Shown here: in pieces, positions 15,996 to 33,925 of the stretch
Layout: each line of letters starts with the position of its first letter
Position numbering within the stretch: position 1 is the stretch's first letter
From: the human T2T-CHM13v2.0 reference genome, Homo sapiens
Length of the DNA stretch: 64,000 nucleotides
Assembly (NCBI GenBank): GCA_009914755.4
Contig: CP068257.2
Location: forward strand, 26,016,001-26,080,000
Direction of reading: 5' to 3'
Program-made: the position numbers and the translations under genes
Notes under the pieces: model-generated
Told to the model about the DNA's origin: nothing
Databases searched by the model: none
What the model saw: only the letters and a program-made list of their open reading frames with translations

Positions 15996-18900
15996 CGCAT
16001 AATGTATGCTCTAAAAAGTAATGTCAATGTATTAGGTGTCAAACAGTAAATGAAATTTCTCAGAATACTGCTCTCTACCATATCAATAGTAGATTTAATA
16101 CAACCACCAGGCAAATCAAGCCAAGAAACTCAGCCCTGGAGATCAGACCAAACTGGTGGCCAGCCAAGAAATAGACAAAGGAATGTTCAGGGGCAGAGTT
16201 TAGGGAGGTTGGAGTGTGTGTTCACAGGGGCAGAGGGAGTAAGGGGTGATGTGCGGTCAAGGTTTACAGGTTAGGGCATGGATCACAGAGGTGATACCAG
16301 GGAAGGGAGTACAGGAAATAATCCCATCCAAGTAAGAAATCATCAGATGCATGGTTCCGTTTTTAAGCTGCCAAAATTAAGAAGGTGGGCATGAATTTGC
16401 ACAGGACTGTGGAAAACAGAAGTTTCTGGGTCTGGCTTGGGATTTTACACAGCTGCATTATGGGGGTATCACTATATGATTTCTAAGCAAAGATCTCTTG
16501 GTTTGAGAAGCTTTCATGGACAGAGAGACTGCTCATATCCCCAGAATGGGGCAGGGATAAATGGGAGAGAGATGGCAGAGAAGTTATCACTAATGAAGCG
16601 TCCCAGGTATTCTGTTGTATGTCTAGAGGTGAAAATAGAAAGCTCTGCTCCTTAAAAGCTATGAGAACTTAAGAAAGTTCATGACCATTTGTAAGCTAGG
16701 GTTATTAAGAGGGTCTGTTTTATATGGATCAATTAAGTAACAAACACCTTTTGAAATATAAGTTGAACACAGCTTTTTTAGAAATTTGTAAACTTTATTT
16801 TGATAAGCCAAAACACATATAAATATTCATATTCCTCTCCTCACATTTTTATAAGAATTCAAGCTAGAAAAAATTAACTATGTTGATAGGCTTAGAGAAA
16901 AATTAGGTGTCAGTGTCCCACAGAATTCTCTCCGTCTATTAGTTACAATGAATCTTAACAGTTTATTTTTTAATAAGTGGAATATGTTAATCAATTAACT
17001 GAGCTAAAGCTATTACCTAATGAGGTAGAAGGGTAAATTAACTGAAATGTGACTGGCATTCTTCAATATAAGAAAGACACTATTAGCCTGGGAATCACGT
17101 GGATATTCTGTGGATTCACAGACACATTAGTCCGTGTGCCTTCAGTACAGCTTTACATGCAGCTTGTTCTAAAATCTCAAGTTAGCAAGTTTCTGTATTC
17201 CTAAAAGGTAATAATTAGAACCAGAGTATCTGGGGAAGTCGCCACACAGCAATAAATATTGGGTCTCTAGAGCCAAGTCTTAACATTTTGTTTTCTTAAT
17301 AGCTTAAATTATTTATGAACATGTGTTTGAACAATTCTTAAATCCAGTAGCTAAATTGAGTTGCATATAGGCCTAGAAGGGTCTAGGCTAGGGCTGTTCT
17401 GTGGAAAATCTGTTAAGTCAGGAAGCAGAAATAATTCTGCTTAATCTTTGATTGTCAACCATAGTGGGGGATGGTAAGAATAATGGGAGACTTTATATAA
17501 AGGCAGCTGCTTATAATTGAGGCATTGTCAGCTGACCACAAACATTTGTTTCCACTGAGATATTCCTAATGAGTGCTACTGTTGAAGGCAATGCATTAAT
17601 ATTTATGTGATTATTGTTTTATATCTAAGAAGGGATCAAGAGGGTAATCAAATATTCATGTTACCAGGCAAGCAATGGGCTCACTGCCTGATGAGCATAG
17701 AAATCAATACCATGGCACCAGCTTTTGAGAAAATAAAAGCTTTATTGCAAGTGATTGGCAAGGAGACAAGAGGCAACACAAATATGTCTCCCAGTGCTGG
17801 GGGCTGGGGCAAATTTTATAGGCAGAGGGTAATGATATGATTGGATCTGGCAATGAGAAATGCTGTGAGGCATGATCGGACTGGATTGTGCCATGAAATG
17901 ATGCCAGGGCTTGATCTGATTGGATCGTATATCAAGACATGAGGTGTCCACTTATTAATTCAGTCCCCCATTTCTTGGTCTGAGCACTTAGGTTCCACCC
18001 ATGCTTGCAGGCTTAGATAATCTGGACATGCTCAGGTTGCATAACTTGCAACCTAGGGAATCCATGGCAACTGAAAACTCACCATTTTATTACACAAAGT
18101 TGAGTCAGATTAGGCTGGTTCTGTGGTTACAATAATCTACCACAGAGTTTTTTAAGATTTAACTTCAAATATCCTGCATCAGAACCATCTGGAAAACTTG
18201 AGAATCATCGCAGAATGTACAAAATGTTTGCTAGTGTAGCCCGGTAATATTCATGTTTTATTCTTTCTGGGCCTCTGCCAATGCTTTCTGAGAATATTCT
18301 TGAGAATCATCCACTTTGTAGCTACTCATAAATATGATGTTTGGTGACAGATCGCCTTCACTTCCCCAGTACTTCCAACACTTGTGAGTGCCTTTACTTC
18401 ACTGTATTATATCTCTTCCTACTCAAAATACACAGAATGCCTTCTGCTTTCCAGACTGAATCCAAACTGATATGCTCAGGTGATAGAGAAAAGACACTGA
18501 AATTAAAAATGTGACTTCCGTTTTACTATTGCTAATAATGAAGCGTCCTTTTACTCTTTTATAGTAGGTGATCTCCCACCAGAGTGTACCAACAAGTGGA
18601 TCGGTCAAGATAAATCATTACAGTGTGTCGAGAAACTATTAGAACACCTATTTAAAGGCAGTCTTAATTTTTCTTAAGTTCTAAAAGCATAAATGAATGT
18701 CAATATTTATATGTGTAAGCTGTTAAAAATTACAACAAATACTCTAATGCTTATCAACAACCCTGGTAACTAAAACATCAGCAATATTTCTGAGTTTCTC
18801 TTCAAATTCATCTTCTCTTTTCTGCTGTTTGTCTCTTTCCCAAAGTATACATTGGTAATAAAACTGAAATTTTGGTCTTCATTTCTTTACTCCATTTGCA

Positions 18901-19189
18901 ACTTGCTTTTATATTAACTAACACAAGGATTTTCAGATTTAATTTATGTAACTTCTCTAGTAGCTACAGTTCACCCTTTTTTACTACAGAAAAGTTTTGT
19001 ATTATGAGAATGTAACACAATATGTTAATTTATTTTTCTCCCTGTAATTATTATGATTCTTTTTTCGGTACTTTTGTTCGTTCGTTTGTCTCATTTGTTT
19101 TGCCAGTATACACAGTGCCACTGTTATAAGCATTCAATATTTGTTATGTAACTACTGGCAAACATAGGTCAATGTTTCCATATATATTC

Positions 19190-19680
19190 TCTCAGGAGAT
19201 TTCTGTCTTGTTGGGTCTTCACATTCTCAGCTTCATTAGATAATGCCAAATTGCTTTTCAAAATATTCCCACTAGTGTAGAGTCTATCGGGTTTGTATGA
19301 GTTCCCGTTATTCTACATCCTTGCCAAAGCTTCATGTTTTGGGACTTGTTAATTTTTGCCAATCTGGTGGGTGTAAAATGGTATCTCATTGTGGCTTTAA
19401 TTGGAATTTCCCTGATTACAAAAGCGGTTAAACTCCTTTTACAGAATTAAGAGCTATTCATCAAAATGCCCGTTTGTGCATATTGCCAATTAGTATGCTG
19501 AGTTATTTATCTTTTTCTTACTAATTTGTGGGAGGTTTTCATATGTTCTGGAGAGTAATCCTTTGTTCATTACACATTTGTTGAACCAGTCTGCATTGTA
19601 TCTCTTTGCATTTTTTGTATTTATTGCTACACAGAAATTATTAACTTTTTTCTCATTTATTTTTTGACCCTTTAAAAATT
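19190..19680 (-). mobile_element. Old L1 (L1M/L1P) ORF2 C-terminal fragment, antisense
   Basis: ...ccaaattgcttttcaaaatattcccactagtgtagagtc...taatttttgccaatctggtgggtgtaaaatggtatctcattgtggctttaattggaatttccctgattac... is the antisense of the conserved L1 ORF2 C-terminal region. Confidence 0.5.
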
Positions 19681-19688
19681 AACCCTTT

Positions 19689-19996
<308 letters not shown>

Positions 19997-22900
19997 TTAA
20001 CCCTTTTAATAGAACAAAGGCATAAAATTTTCTCCTGATTTCACTTAAAAATGTTTCATAACTTTGCATTTTTTTGTATAGATCTTGAATTCACATTACA
20101 AATGTCAAAATTGGCAGGGAATGTAAAATGAACAGGAAAACTCTTAAAGTACCTAAAATAGTAAATAAATGGTGATAATAAATATGAATCCCGTGTTTAA
20201 ACTTTTCATGTTATTTTTTGTTTTGAGATTATTAAGAGAATAAATTCAAAATGAAATTACAAGTAATTTTACTTTGAGGTAAAAAATTTACTAATATGGT
20301 AATTTTATTGGAATATAGAATACTTGTAGGTCACTGGCATATTCGAAAATATACATTGTGAATTGTGCAGTAATCGAACCTAGTCCTTCTTTGAAACTGA
20401 GTGAATGTGCTATAGCTTTAGTAGGAAAACTGATGAGACCTGGTAAAAAGGCACAGCTTTTTATATCTGTTGTATTCTAACTCTTAGGAAATGTTTTTAA
20501 AGCATTCAGACAGAGGCAACAGAAAAATCTAGGTTTATTTATTCTGTTTGTTTTTCATGTAAGAATATTTGATCTTCTTACCCGCTTAATTTCACCTGGT
20601 TTGTTCAATTACTAGTATATAAACTTGTACCGAACTTTCAGAAATGTAATTTATACAACATTCTTGTGAAAATGTTTACTCTTTATCTTAAAAAATTAAA
20701 AATCGAAAGTTTGACTGCATTTGTGTCCAAATTTCTTGAGATTCAAAACATTTTTATTAGTGTTCTAATATGCATACACAGGTAAGTTCTAAATTAAGGC
20801 AGTTTAGGGTCTTTTTCCTCATATAAACATTCTATAAAATAAAATGATGGTAAACTATTATTTCACTTTTTATGAACAAAATGAAAGAGAAAATTTCAGA
20901 TCTCTCTACACTGCATTCTGGACTTCAATGTGCACAGAAAGACATCAAGAGTTAACTTAAGAGGAAGAATAAAATAAATATCTAACGCCCTTTAAAGTGT
21001 CATATTTTTACGGCAAGTATCTGGATTTGTTTTTATAAAGTCTTTTAAAATTACTTTTGTGCAAGCTACCATAAAATATAATATTGATATTTTGGAAAAT
21101 ATCGGGGTTTAATTCTAAACTTTATTAAGTTAATATTTATCTGAATAAATTTGGAAAGTAATCTAACTTCCTTCAGCCACAATTAGTTTTCTCAGCTCCT
21201 ATAGATCACAAAGTTATGTGAAAAGCAAATGAAAAAGTACTTTGTAAACCTTAATATTTTTATATTCCTGTAATATATGATGTGGAAATGAGACAAAACA
21301 ATGTTATCATTTAGAAGTCCCAGAGGAAACTTTTAGTGAGTCCATTAAATTTATGTTAAATCTATTTTGAAGCTAAATATTATTTATTTTTTTGAACTAC
21401 ATATCTTAAAATTAGAAGTTTCCCAAGAGAGGTTATAGATGAAATTATGGATTTAACACTAGTTAGTTAAGAATGTAATCTTGTTTTAATACTGCAGGCT
21501 TTCAGCCAGGATTATACCTCATACATTGCTTGAATATTTTCCTCAAATAATTGAATACTTTGGAATGGAATTTTACATTCACTCTATATGCCAGCCCTCA
21601 AGCCTCAACTAAGCTCAACTTGAAAAACAATGCTGTACACATCACCCAAGCAAAAACTTTCTCACATTAATTAAGAGATTCTGATTGGATCCCAGCAATC
21701 AACTCATATGGCGCCATATCATCCACATTATTTGTAGAGTAGGCCATGATATTTATTACTGTTGGCCTGGCAGCTGTGTCTTTGAAATTTTGAGGTGGTT
21801 ACAAATGGAAATGGGCCACATACCCCAAACTTACTTTCTTTCATTACTTCATTTTTTCTGGCACTTGTAGTTGCATTTATGGAATTTATATATTTCATAA
21901 TACTGTATCCTTAAGCAAGGATTAGCAGCAGCATCAACAATAAATATGACTGAAAAGAAACCCAGGATTTTCTCCAGAACAATAGAATGTTCATTGGTAG
22001 TGGTTATATCCAATTCAAATGATAGATTTGTTAGCCTCTTCTTTTGCTTAGATTTGTTTGGCTCAAAAATAGATTCAAAGATAACCAAATTAGGTAGATC
22101 AGTATGTTCAGGAATAGTGATTGCCTAAATAACAACTAAAAGTTGTATACTAATTTTGATTATTTCATATCAATATTAATTACTTTAAGATTCATAAGAA
22201 AAGAAAATATAAATATACATGTTAATGATCAGTCTTTTTGTCATTTGATAAAGGAATTAATTTTATTTTGATGTGGCTAAGGATAATGTCAGCCAAAACT
22301 AAATCTATAGATTTTATCACATTGAAAAAAATTTAGATGTAAATATGAAAAGAAAATAATATGAAGATAGAAGTATTGCCCTTCAGAGCTTGAAGGAAAG
22401 ACTTCCTACCATGAAGTCTGTTTATACTAAAATAACTTCTGCCTTTTTATCTGTTTCTCTATGTATTTATTAGAATCTCACCCACATAAAACATGTCTAC
22501 TGAAAGAGATTGTTTGCAAATTAGTGCCCAAAATGTACTTCCTTGTACATATGCTTTTGGATAATCGCCCAATCCTGCACTGACTTTTTCATTGCCATGT
22601 GACATTCTCTTTTTAATGGGACAATAATAAATGAAAAGTGCTTGCATGCAGGGCCTAACTTCTTTTGCTACTGAGAACGTGTCCCAAACCATGTGAACAA
22701 GCCCAGGCAAGACTCTTGGAGGGTGAGAGGACACTCAGAGAGGGGGCCCACCTGTCCCCCCATTTCCTCTTAGCCATTCCACCAGTTGGATATAAAGATT
22801 AGTTACATGAGCGCAGACTGGGACCATTACCCAGCTGAACTACATAATCAAAGACAAATATGTGATGATTGTTTTTGCCACTAAGCATTGGAGTTTTTTT

Positions 22901-23369
22901 TAATATGACAAAATGCATTTATCATCATTATATTTTCAATAAAACAGAAAATACAAAAGAAAGCAATTTGTGGTGAGCTTATTAATCTGATCTTTATTCT
23001 TACCTTAATATGTATTTCCAAGAACTGAGTTTTGACAAATTCTCACATTTGCACATTTATACACTAATGGAACATGCAGTCTTACATACAACTTTTTTAT
23101 AGAATGACTTGAACACTACAACTAGCTAAATTAAATTTTTAAAAATGGTTCATGTATAATTCTGAATTAAAATTTTAAAATTAATTTTTAAAAGCCATCT
23201 TAATACATTTTATGTACTGAAATTATGTTTATGTTACTATGAAATGGAATCTTTGTTTAGAGCTTTTATCTTTGGATAATCTGTTGTTTGTATCACTCTA
23301 CCCAAGACAGAATTTGCATGTGATTTTGAATGCCCTATAGGGATGCAAGATTTTTCTAGACTTCTTTGT

Positions 23370-24200
23370 CAGACTTGCAATGGGGGTGCCTCATTTACTT
23401 GGCCCACCGTGCTCAACCACTTGCGGGAGGGAGCACATGAGTGAGCCACTATGGGATCCAGGGGACTGCTTTGGGCATTGGCAGAAGCAAGCTCCATGTG
23501 AGCCCTGAGGCAACAGCCAGGTGGGGGTGCCTGTGACACCTGAAGCCCCAGACATGTTACAATGCTCTCTTAGCTCCACTGTCCATGGACAGTGGTGTGT
23601 TATCAGCTCGGTGGGCCCCTTGCCTCATCACATGGGGAGGCTGCCCTCCACCAGCGAGGGAAAAGGGCCAGTGTGAAAACCTTTGGGGGGTACCTGCCTT
23701 GGGTGGGTCCCAAGCTCTTGTCCAGAGTCCAAGAAGAATGAGGTCACACAGACACTTGAAGGATAGTGGAAGTGGAGAATTTTATTTAGCAATGGAAATG
23801 TCTCTCAGCAGAGATGGGAGCTGGACAGGGGATGGGATGAGCAGGTAATCTTTCCCTGAAGTCAAGCTGTCTCTCTTCCAAAATCCAGCCATCCTTCTAA
23901 AGTCAAGTTGCCTCTCTACAGTCAAGCCACTTTTCTCTCTTCTACTGACTGAGTCTGGGGTCTTTATAGGCACAGGATGTGGGGCAGGGTGAGCCATAGG
24001 TAGTTTTGGAAAAGGCAATATTCTATTGGTAAAAGTACATTATTCAGAAAGAAGCAATCAGGAGAGAGTGGGAAAACAGGGATAGAAGTTCTAACTTTGG
24101 GCAGCAGGTTTCAGGCTTTTCAGCTCAAAGGTGGGGTTTCACTGGGGACCCTCCCCTGTCTGCCAAGAATTTCCATGCCTCCTGCCTCTATCAACCGGAA
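23370..24200 (-). mobile_element. Candidate ERV LTR (unclassified). GC-rich, CpG-poor block.
   Basis: On the minus strand a TATA-like 'cctataaagacccc' is followed ~200 bp later by 'gctaaataaaattctcc' (AATAAA). Internal 3x repeat agtcaagYtgYctctct. ~55% GC but only ~5 CpG, so an old GC-rich repeat and not a CpG island. No coding potential. Confidence 0.35.
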
Positions 24201-27200
24201 AACATATTCATGAAGTGCAAGAGCTGTTGCCAAGTCTCATGAATATTCTCAAATATATTCTCCTGAAGGAAAAAAATGACGCAAGGGGAAACAATATGAA
24301 ACAGACTTTATAGAAATTAATATACACTCCAAGCCAACAGAAGGATTACAGATCATGCCTTCAGCCACAGAAAGTACAAGAAGAAGCATCTGAGGGAACA
24401 GTGGGCAGAGTAAATGCTGTGGAGTTACAAAAGAAATGTCTATAAGTCAACCCTGCAGGTAATAAAATAGGTTCTGCATAGTGGTATTTGTTTGTCCTTA
24501 AGCTCCACTCACCTATGTGTTTAAAATTTGTATATCTGTTTTATATCAATTTATTTTATTCAAGTCCGTATCAACATGGATTCTAAAAACTGGCTTCACA
24601 GCTATTTCTGCTAACTTCCTGAAAAGCCTGATTTTTGTCTAGAAAACAAATAGAATAAACTCACATTTCTCTCCTCTGGTCTTCTCGTATCAATGGCATA
24701 GCACTATGTTCAATGTTGTCATAGGGACCACCTCTTACACTCTCACAGTGACCTCTGTTGCAAAAGGGAACCAATATTGTCCTGAATCCCTAAAAACACA
24801 CCAGGGACAGGGCTGTGCTTTCTAAGAAGATTTGACAAAACCAAGAAAAAAAAAGAAATTAAAAGAAAAAGTAGCTTATCACTATTATTATGTACTCTTA
24901 AAATCCAGAGTTCTAGGGTGTACCTCATCATCCCTGATTAGAACCTGGTAGTTTTCTATGTAGTAGTGGCCAACTCAGCCTGACCAACAGGAATGCATTC
25001 CTGAAACTCCCTGCTCTTCTTTAATGATAAAAGATTTTATTACTTGTCCAAGTTCAAGTCCCATCCCATTTTCTTCTCAAGATATAAATAATTCATGATT
25101 AATAATAAAACAATTTCCTTGGAGAATCTCTCCCAACAGAAAATTGGCTGTATCCAAGGCACAGTAAACAAACATAGTAGTTGAAAGTACATTATGCCAA
25201 GTTTGTGTTTATTATCTTAATGACACTATAGGTACCTCACCCTCAGTTGGCCTAGATTTTTGATAACCAGAATGGGGCATCTCCTTTACATGATATTTCT
25301 CCTAAAGTTAAATAAAAGTAAAATTAGACATAAAAGTCCTTGTTGCTAAGATCTGGTTTTCTTCTACTGTCTACTTTGAGTAAATGCAGAGACTAAGACA
25401 AACAAACAAATAGGACTAAAAATATATTGCTAAAAATCTATTTTTGATCTTTATAGTACTTTAAATCTCCATTTGGGAACTCTTTTTTTCAAACAATTTT
25501 TTAAAAACAATTATATTATTTTTAAAAAATGGTTTAAAGTTGATGAAGTTATGGTTTATGCTCAATAATAGTTTATAATCAAGTTATTTCACTCAACTTT
25601 TATTGGTGAACAGAATACTTAACATTGTCTTATAAAGCCTCTATGTGGGTTCCTATTTTAGTATGTTCTACCTTATATGTGGATGATATTAAGCAACTCT
25701 TCTCTCAAAATAAAGGTATACACTCCTCTAAAGACAAACGTTGATACCCTGAAAGCAGAAACAAATTTACCTCTGTCCTAATGGTGGTTTTCTGGCCACA
25801 AATCCTACTACAAGTTACCCATAGTAACTTCAAGCAATTCATAGCAATATCCGAGTTGCCAATAGATTATCAGAAGGCACAGTACTGTGAGTCATTCTTC
25901 TGGAATGCTAAGACAGAAATGTGAAAAATAAATTTACTAAAAATGAGCTGAGATATTGAAACCCTTCAGGAGAAACAGACAATGGACCTGAGATATCAGG
26001 AGCTCTTTTGAAGATGGCCTACCAAAGTTATCAAAAATCAACTTAACTTCAGGAAAGCCATGCAAAAAGGAGAGTTGGGCCTTAGAATTCCTATGTTAAG
26101 TAGCTGTTGGATGAGATAAGTGAATATGAAATAATTCAATGCTTACTACCTAGAGGCTTCAGTCCTGCCCTATAGTGAGTGATATGACCTTTGAGGGAAT
26201 TCACTGTGTTAAATTGTCATGCTTACTGATGAGCTCAAAACTGTCTAATAATCTTCTGAGTAGACTGATACCAAGTGTACTTCATGATAGTATTTTGACA
26301 CTGAATACCTAGGTGAACTTAAGAAGGCCTTTGGTGATCACTGCAGGCGTCCTCTGATTACAGATGGTATGTAAAGGAATAGGGCTAGATAAAAATTTTA
26401 AGGAGGGCCAAAAGACAAGAGAAGGGGACACAGGACTGTATTTTGAGGCACTTTAGAAGTTAGAGGTCAAGGAGAGAAGGAGGAATCAGGAGGAAACTGA
26501 AAAAGAAACACCTATTGATGTGGAAATATAATCAAAAGAATGTGGTATACTGAAAACCAAAGGAAAGTTGTATTTTAAAAAGATAGGAGAAATCGCCTGT
26601 GTCAAATGTCACCTAATACAATAAAATAGAATATTGCAAGAAAGAGCGTGGTGTAAGGGGGTAGTTATTTTTGGCTGATCTCTGTTCTGATTGGCTAACA
26701 CCCATGCCACACCCTAAAAGGCAACGTTAGTCCAACTTTTCTGGAATTTGGGCGAGAAGTGCACAGGGAAGTTAGAGTTGGTTTTAAGCCTACTCTACCT
26801 TGTCCCAAAGATGTCATGTTGTCAACATCTTCAGTGGCAAGATTACGTGGAGACAGTGGAAGAATGACTAGGAAGGGAAAGAAAAAAGAAATAGGGCAAG
26901 GGATAGTTTAGCTTGTACATACATCAATATTTCATTCCTTTATAAGAAATTACCAAAGGAAATGAAATAGAAGTTTTTCTCTATTTTTGCTTTTCCTAAA
27001 TACTAAGAATTAAATTCCTTGTTAAAACTAAACTATATCAAAAGAGAAATACATAGAGAATAATAAGTATTTGAGGAGCTCATTGATATTGACACCTATT
27101 AATCATCCTAAATATCTAAGGACAATACACAATTGTGTTTTTATGACTGATTAAATTTCAAGGTGATTACTTCAGAATAGATTGTGTGTTGTTGTATTTT

Positions 27201-27887
27201 TTAAAAATTATATGCTACATTTGGTGCACAGTCATTTCCCATTCTTCATATGGCACATGGCGCTTTCTTTAATGACACATGTGGGCTGGGAAATGTCTCA
27301 ATGAATGGAAGGTGCAATTCCAGTCATTTAATACACCCTGCTGCCAGTCAGTGCATGTTGCTTTTTGCCATTCACTTAAAAATTCCCTTTTGTTTTATCA
27401 ACAACTTCACCTCCGCTAAAAACAGGTTGTCAAGAATGACTACACCTGGCATTTTATTCATAAGGAAATTTCACATTACATCACAGTATTTGGAAAGAGA
27501 ATGTGGAAAGTTGATATTCTCTCTAATCCTTGTGCTTTACTTCACTTTTTTACGTGAAAAGTACTGTTAACAAGTATTTTCATGATTGGCATCAGCAGTC
27601 AGGCTGTAAGAAGTTAAGCATCCAGCACATCTCAACTGTGTAGCCATTGATCCAAATGCTCTCCTTTCCCCCTGAAAAAAGTAGGGGTCACAATCTGGTT
27701 ATGTGGCAGTTATCTTCATGACCAAGCCAATTCATGGTGACAGACTATTCTATTCCATTAATTTCTAACCCAACATGAGGCTGTAGGTGGTGGAAATCAG
27801 GTTACATTTTTAGATATACAATAAAACCCATTTTTTAGAGCTAACTTACTCATAATTAGTATTATCTAGATAAGAGCTAGGATGAGA

Positions 27888-28080
27888 ATTTATCTCTACA
27901 AAAAAAATGTTTTTTAATTAGCTGGGCATGGTGGTGCACACTTGTAGTCTGAGCTACTCTGAGGGTTGAGGCAAGAGAATCCTTTGAGCCCAGAGGGTTG
28001 AGAATCTAGTGAGCCATGATTGATCATACCCCTGCACTCTAGCCTGGGCAACACAGTGAGACCCTGTCTTAAAAAGAAAA
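27888..28080 (+). mobile_element. 5'-truncated Alu (A-rich linker + right monomer)
   Basis: tctctacaaaaaaaatgttttttaattagctgggcatggtggtgcacacttgtagtctgagctactctgagggttgaggcaagagaatcctttgagcccagagg...cactctagcctgggcaacacagtgagaccctgtctt. Confidence 0.75.
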
Positions 28081-28192
28081 ACAGACTACCCAATTAATAG
28101 CGCAAACAAAATTTCAGGGGTAAGATATCTGTATTTATTCTATCCATATATAATAGAAAATCCATTTGCTCAAGTAAAAATTTTAGTTGTGA

Positions 28193-28630
<438 letters not shown>

Positions 28631-29049
28631 TAATATTTGGGGCACACTTTCTAGGAAGAAATCAGTAGCGAAATAGATTCTTAGTAATTGAATCTAATTA
28701 CTCAGATAAATTTATCACACACTTGTAAATCACTGAGAAGCAATAGGAATTGGCTGAAGACTCTAGACTTGGAATTAGGAAGCTTGGCTTCAGACCTGAA
28801 GATTTTCTGGATTATTTTTTGACCTTGATAAAGTACTCATAACATCTCAAGCCTTTTTGTAAAGAGAGGAGTAGTTTTCATGATCATTAACCTTTTTGGA
28901 TTGTGAAAATTTCTGAGTCTAGGATGAAAGCTAATGACCCATTTACCCAGAAAAACACAAGAAAGTACAAACCCAAGGTTTAAGGATACTCAAGGCAACC
29001 AAAAACAACACTGCCAGTTAGTTTTTCTGTGCATATACATTTATTTGTG

Positions 29050-32700
<3,651 letters not shown>

Positions 32701-32749
32701 TTTGACCTTGGGCTTCTCTATATATCTCTCTCAGAGAGATTCTGTATTT

Positions 32750-32870
32750 TTTAGTTCTTTAAATAAACAGAATTTTTAATAAATAGATTTAATAATTTAG
32801 ATTAATATTTTAAATTTAATAAATAGATTCTTTAAATAAATAGATTAAATAAATAGATTTTTAAAGCTTC
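32750..32870. repeat. Minisatellite, ~13-bp unit (aaataaatagatt)n, ~8 copies
   Basis: taaataaacagaattt ttaataaatagattt aataatttagatt ... aaataaatagatt aaataaatagatttt. Confidence 0.6.
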
Positions 32871-33319
32871 CTGTAGTCATCCTTTTCTTTCAAGGTTTTT
32901 GGTCAACCTTTTTATTCCCATCTGGTATTATTCCCCAGGCATCTATATTGTTAAACAATTGCTGCTAATTGTTTTCAGCAATCACCCAGGGACAGGGATT
33001 TTCTTATTGGATGAACTCCATTGAATGAGCTTTTTTTCCCCCTATTTCTACTGAATGAGTTCTTTTAATATTGAATGAGTTCTTGACATCACTAAGTGAA
33101 ATAATCACAAACCCTGTGAATGGAACTCTTAGGGGAGTTGCCAGGTAAAATAGTGACAATTACCTGATGATGGGGCTTTTTGACAAACTCCATTCCTACT
33201 ATACCTACCCTCATAGCTGTTAAGTTGCAGTTCTTCACAACTACCATGATTTAAAAGCTGTTGGTTTTTAAGACAACAACAAAGCTGGTGAGTGGAGAAT
33301 GGAAATAAAGCATGTTAAA

Positions 33320-33346
33320 AAACAAACAAACAAACAAACAAAATTG
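33320..33346. repeat. (CAAA)n microsatellite
   Basis: aacaaacaaacaaacaaacaaacaaa. Confidence 0.8.
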
Positions 33347-33522
33347 TTCTTACCAAATTTTAACCATTTTGCTTGAATGAATATTCCTCAGCTAGTATAA
33401 GCCTCTAGTTAAGTGTTCTAAAACAGTTGATTTTGGCCATTTTGGCCAATGTTCCCTCATTGTTTGTGTAGAGGATTATATTTTTGGAGTTTCTAACTCC
33501 ACAATTCGAAAAGTTTCACTCT

Positions 33523-33925
33523 GTATTGTTCTATAAGTCAGTTCTCACATTGCTATAAAGGAATGCCTCAGACTGAGTAATTTATAAAGAAATAAGGTTC
33601 AATTGACTCATGGGTTCACAGGCTGTACAGGAAGCAAGGCTGGGGAGGCCTCGGGAAACCTCCCCGAGAACCTAGTCATGACAGAAGGTGAAGGGTAAGC
33701 AGTCCTGTCTTACATGACCAGAGCAAGAAGAAGAGAGACAGGGGGTGGTGCCACACACTTTTAAACAATCAAATCTCATAAGCACTCATTCACTATCATG
33801 AGAGCAGCAGTAGGCGGATATCCACTCCCATGATTCAGTCACCTCTCACTTGATTACACCTCCAACATTGGGGATTATAATTTGACATGAGATTTTACAC
33901 AGCATCCTAAACAGCCATCTAAATA
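33523..33925 (-). mobile_element. ERVL-MaLR solo LTR (MST/THE1-like)
   Basis: + strand 'ttctataagtcagttctcacattgctataaaggaatgcctcagactgagtaatttataaagaaa' is the reverse complement of the MaLR LTR 3' end. Body '...actatcatgagagcagcagtaggcggatatccactcccatgattcagtcacctc...ggggattataatttgacatgagatt' matches the MaLR LTR 5' part. Confidence 0.7.

Noticed and set aside
15694-16002. 102-aa ORF
   Set aside because: Coincides with a minus-strand MIR SINE (ttcacagatgaagaaac…caaggatacacagccagaaagcaaaagag). Not coding.
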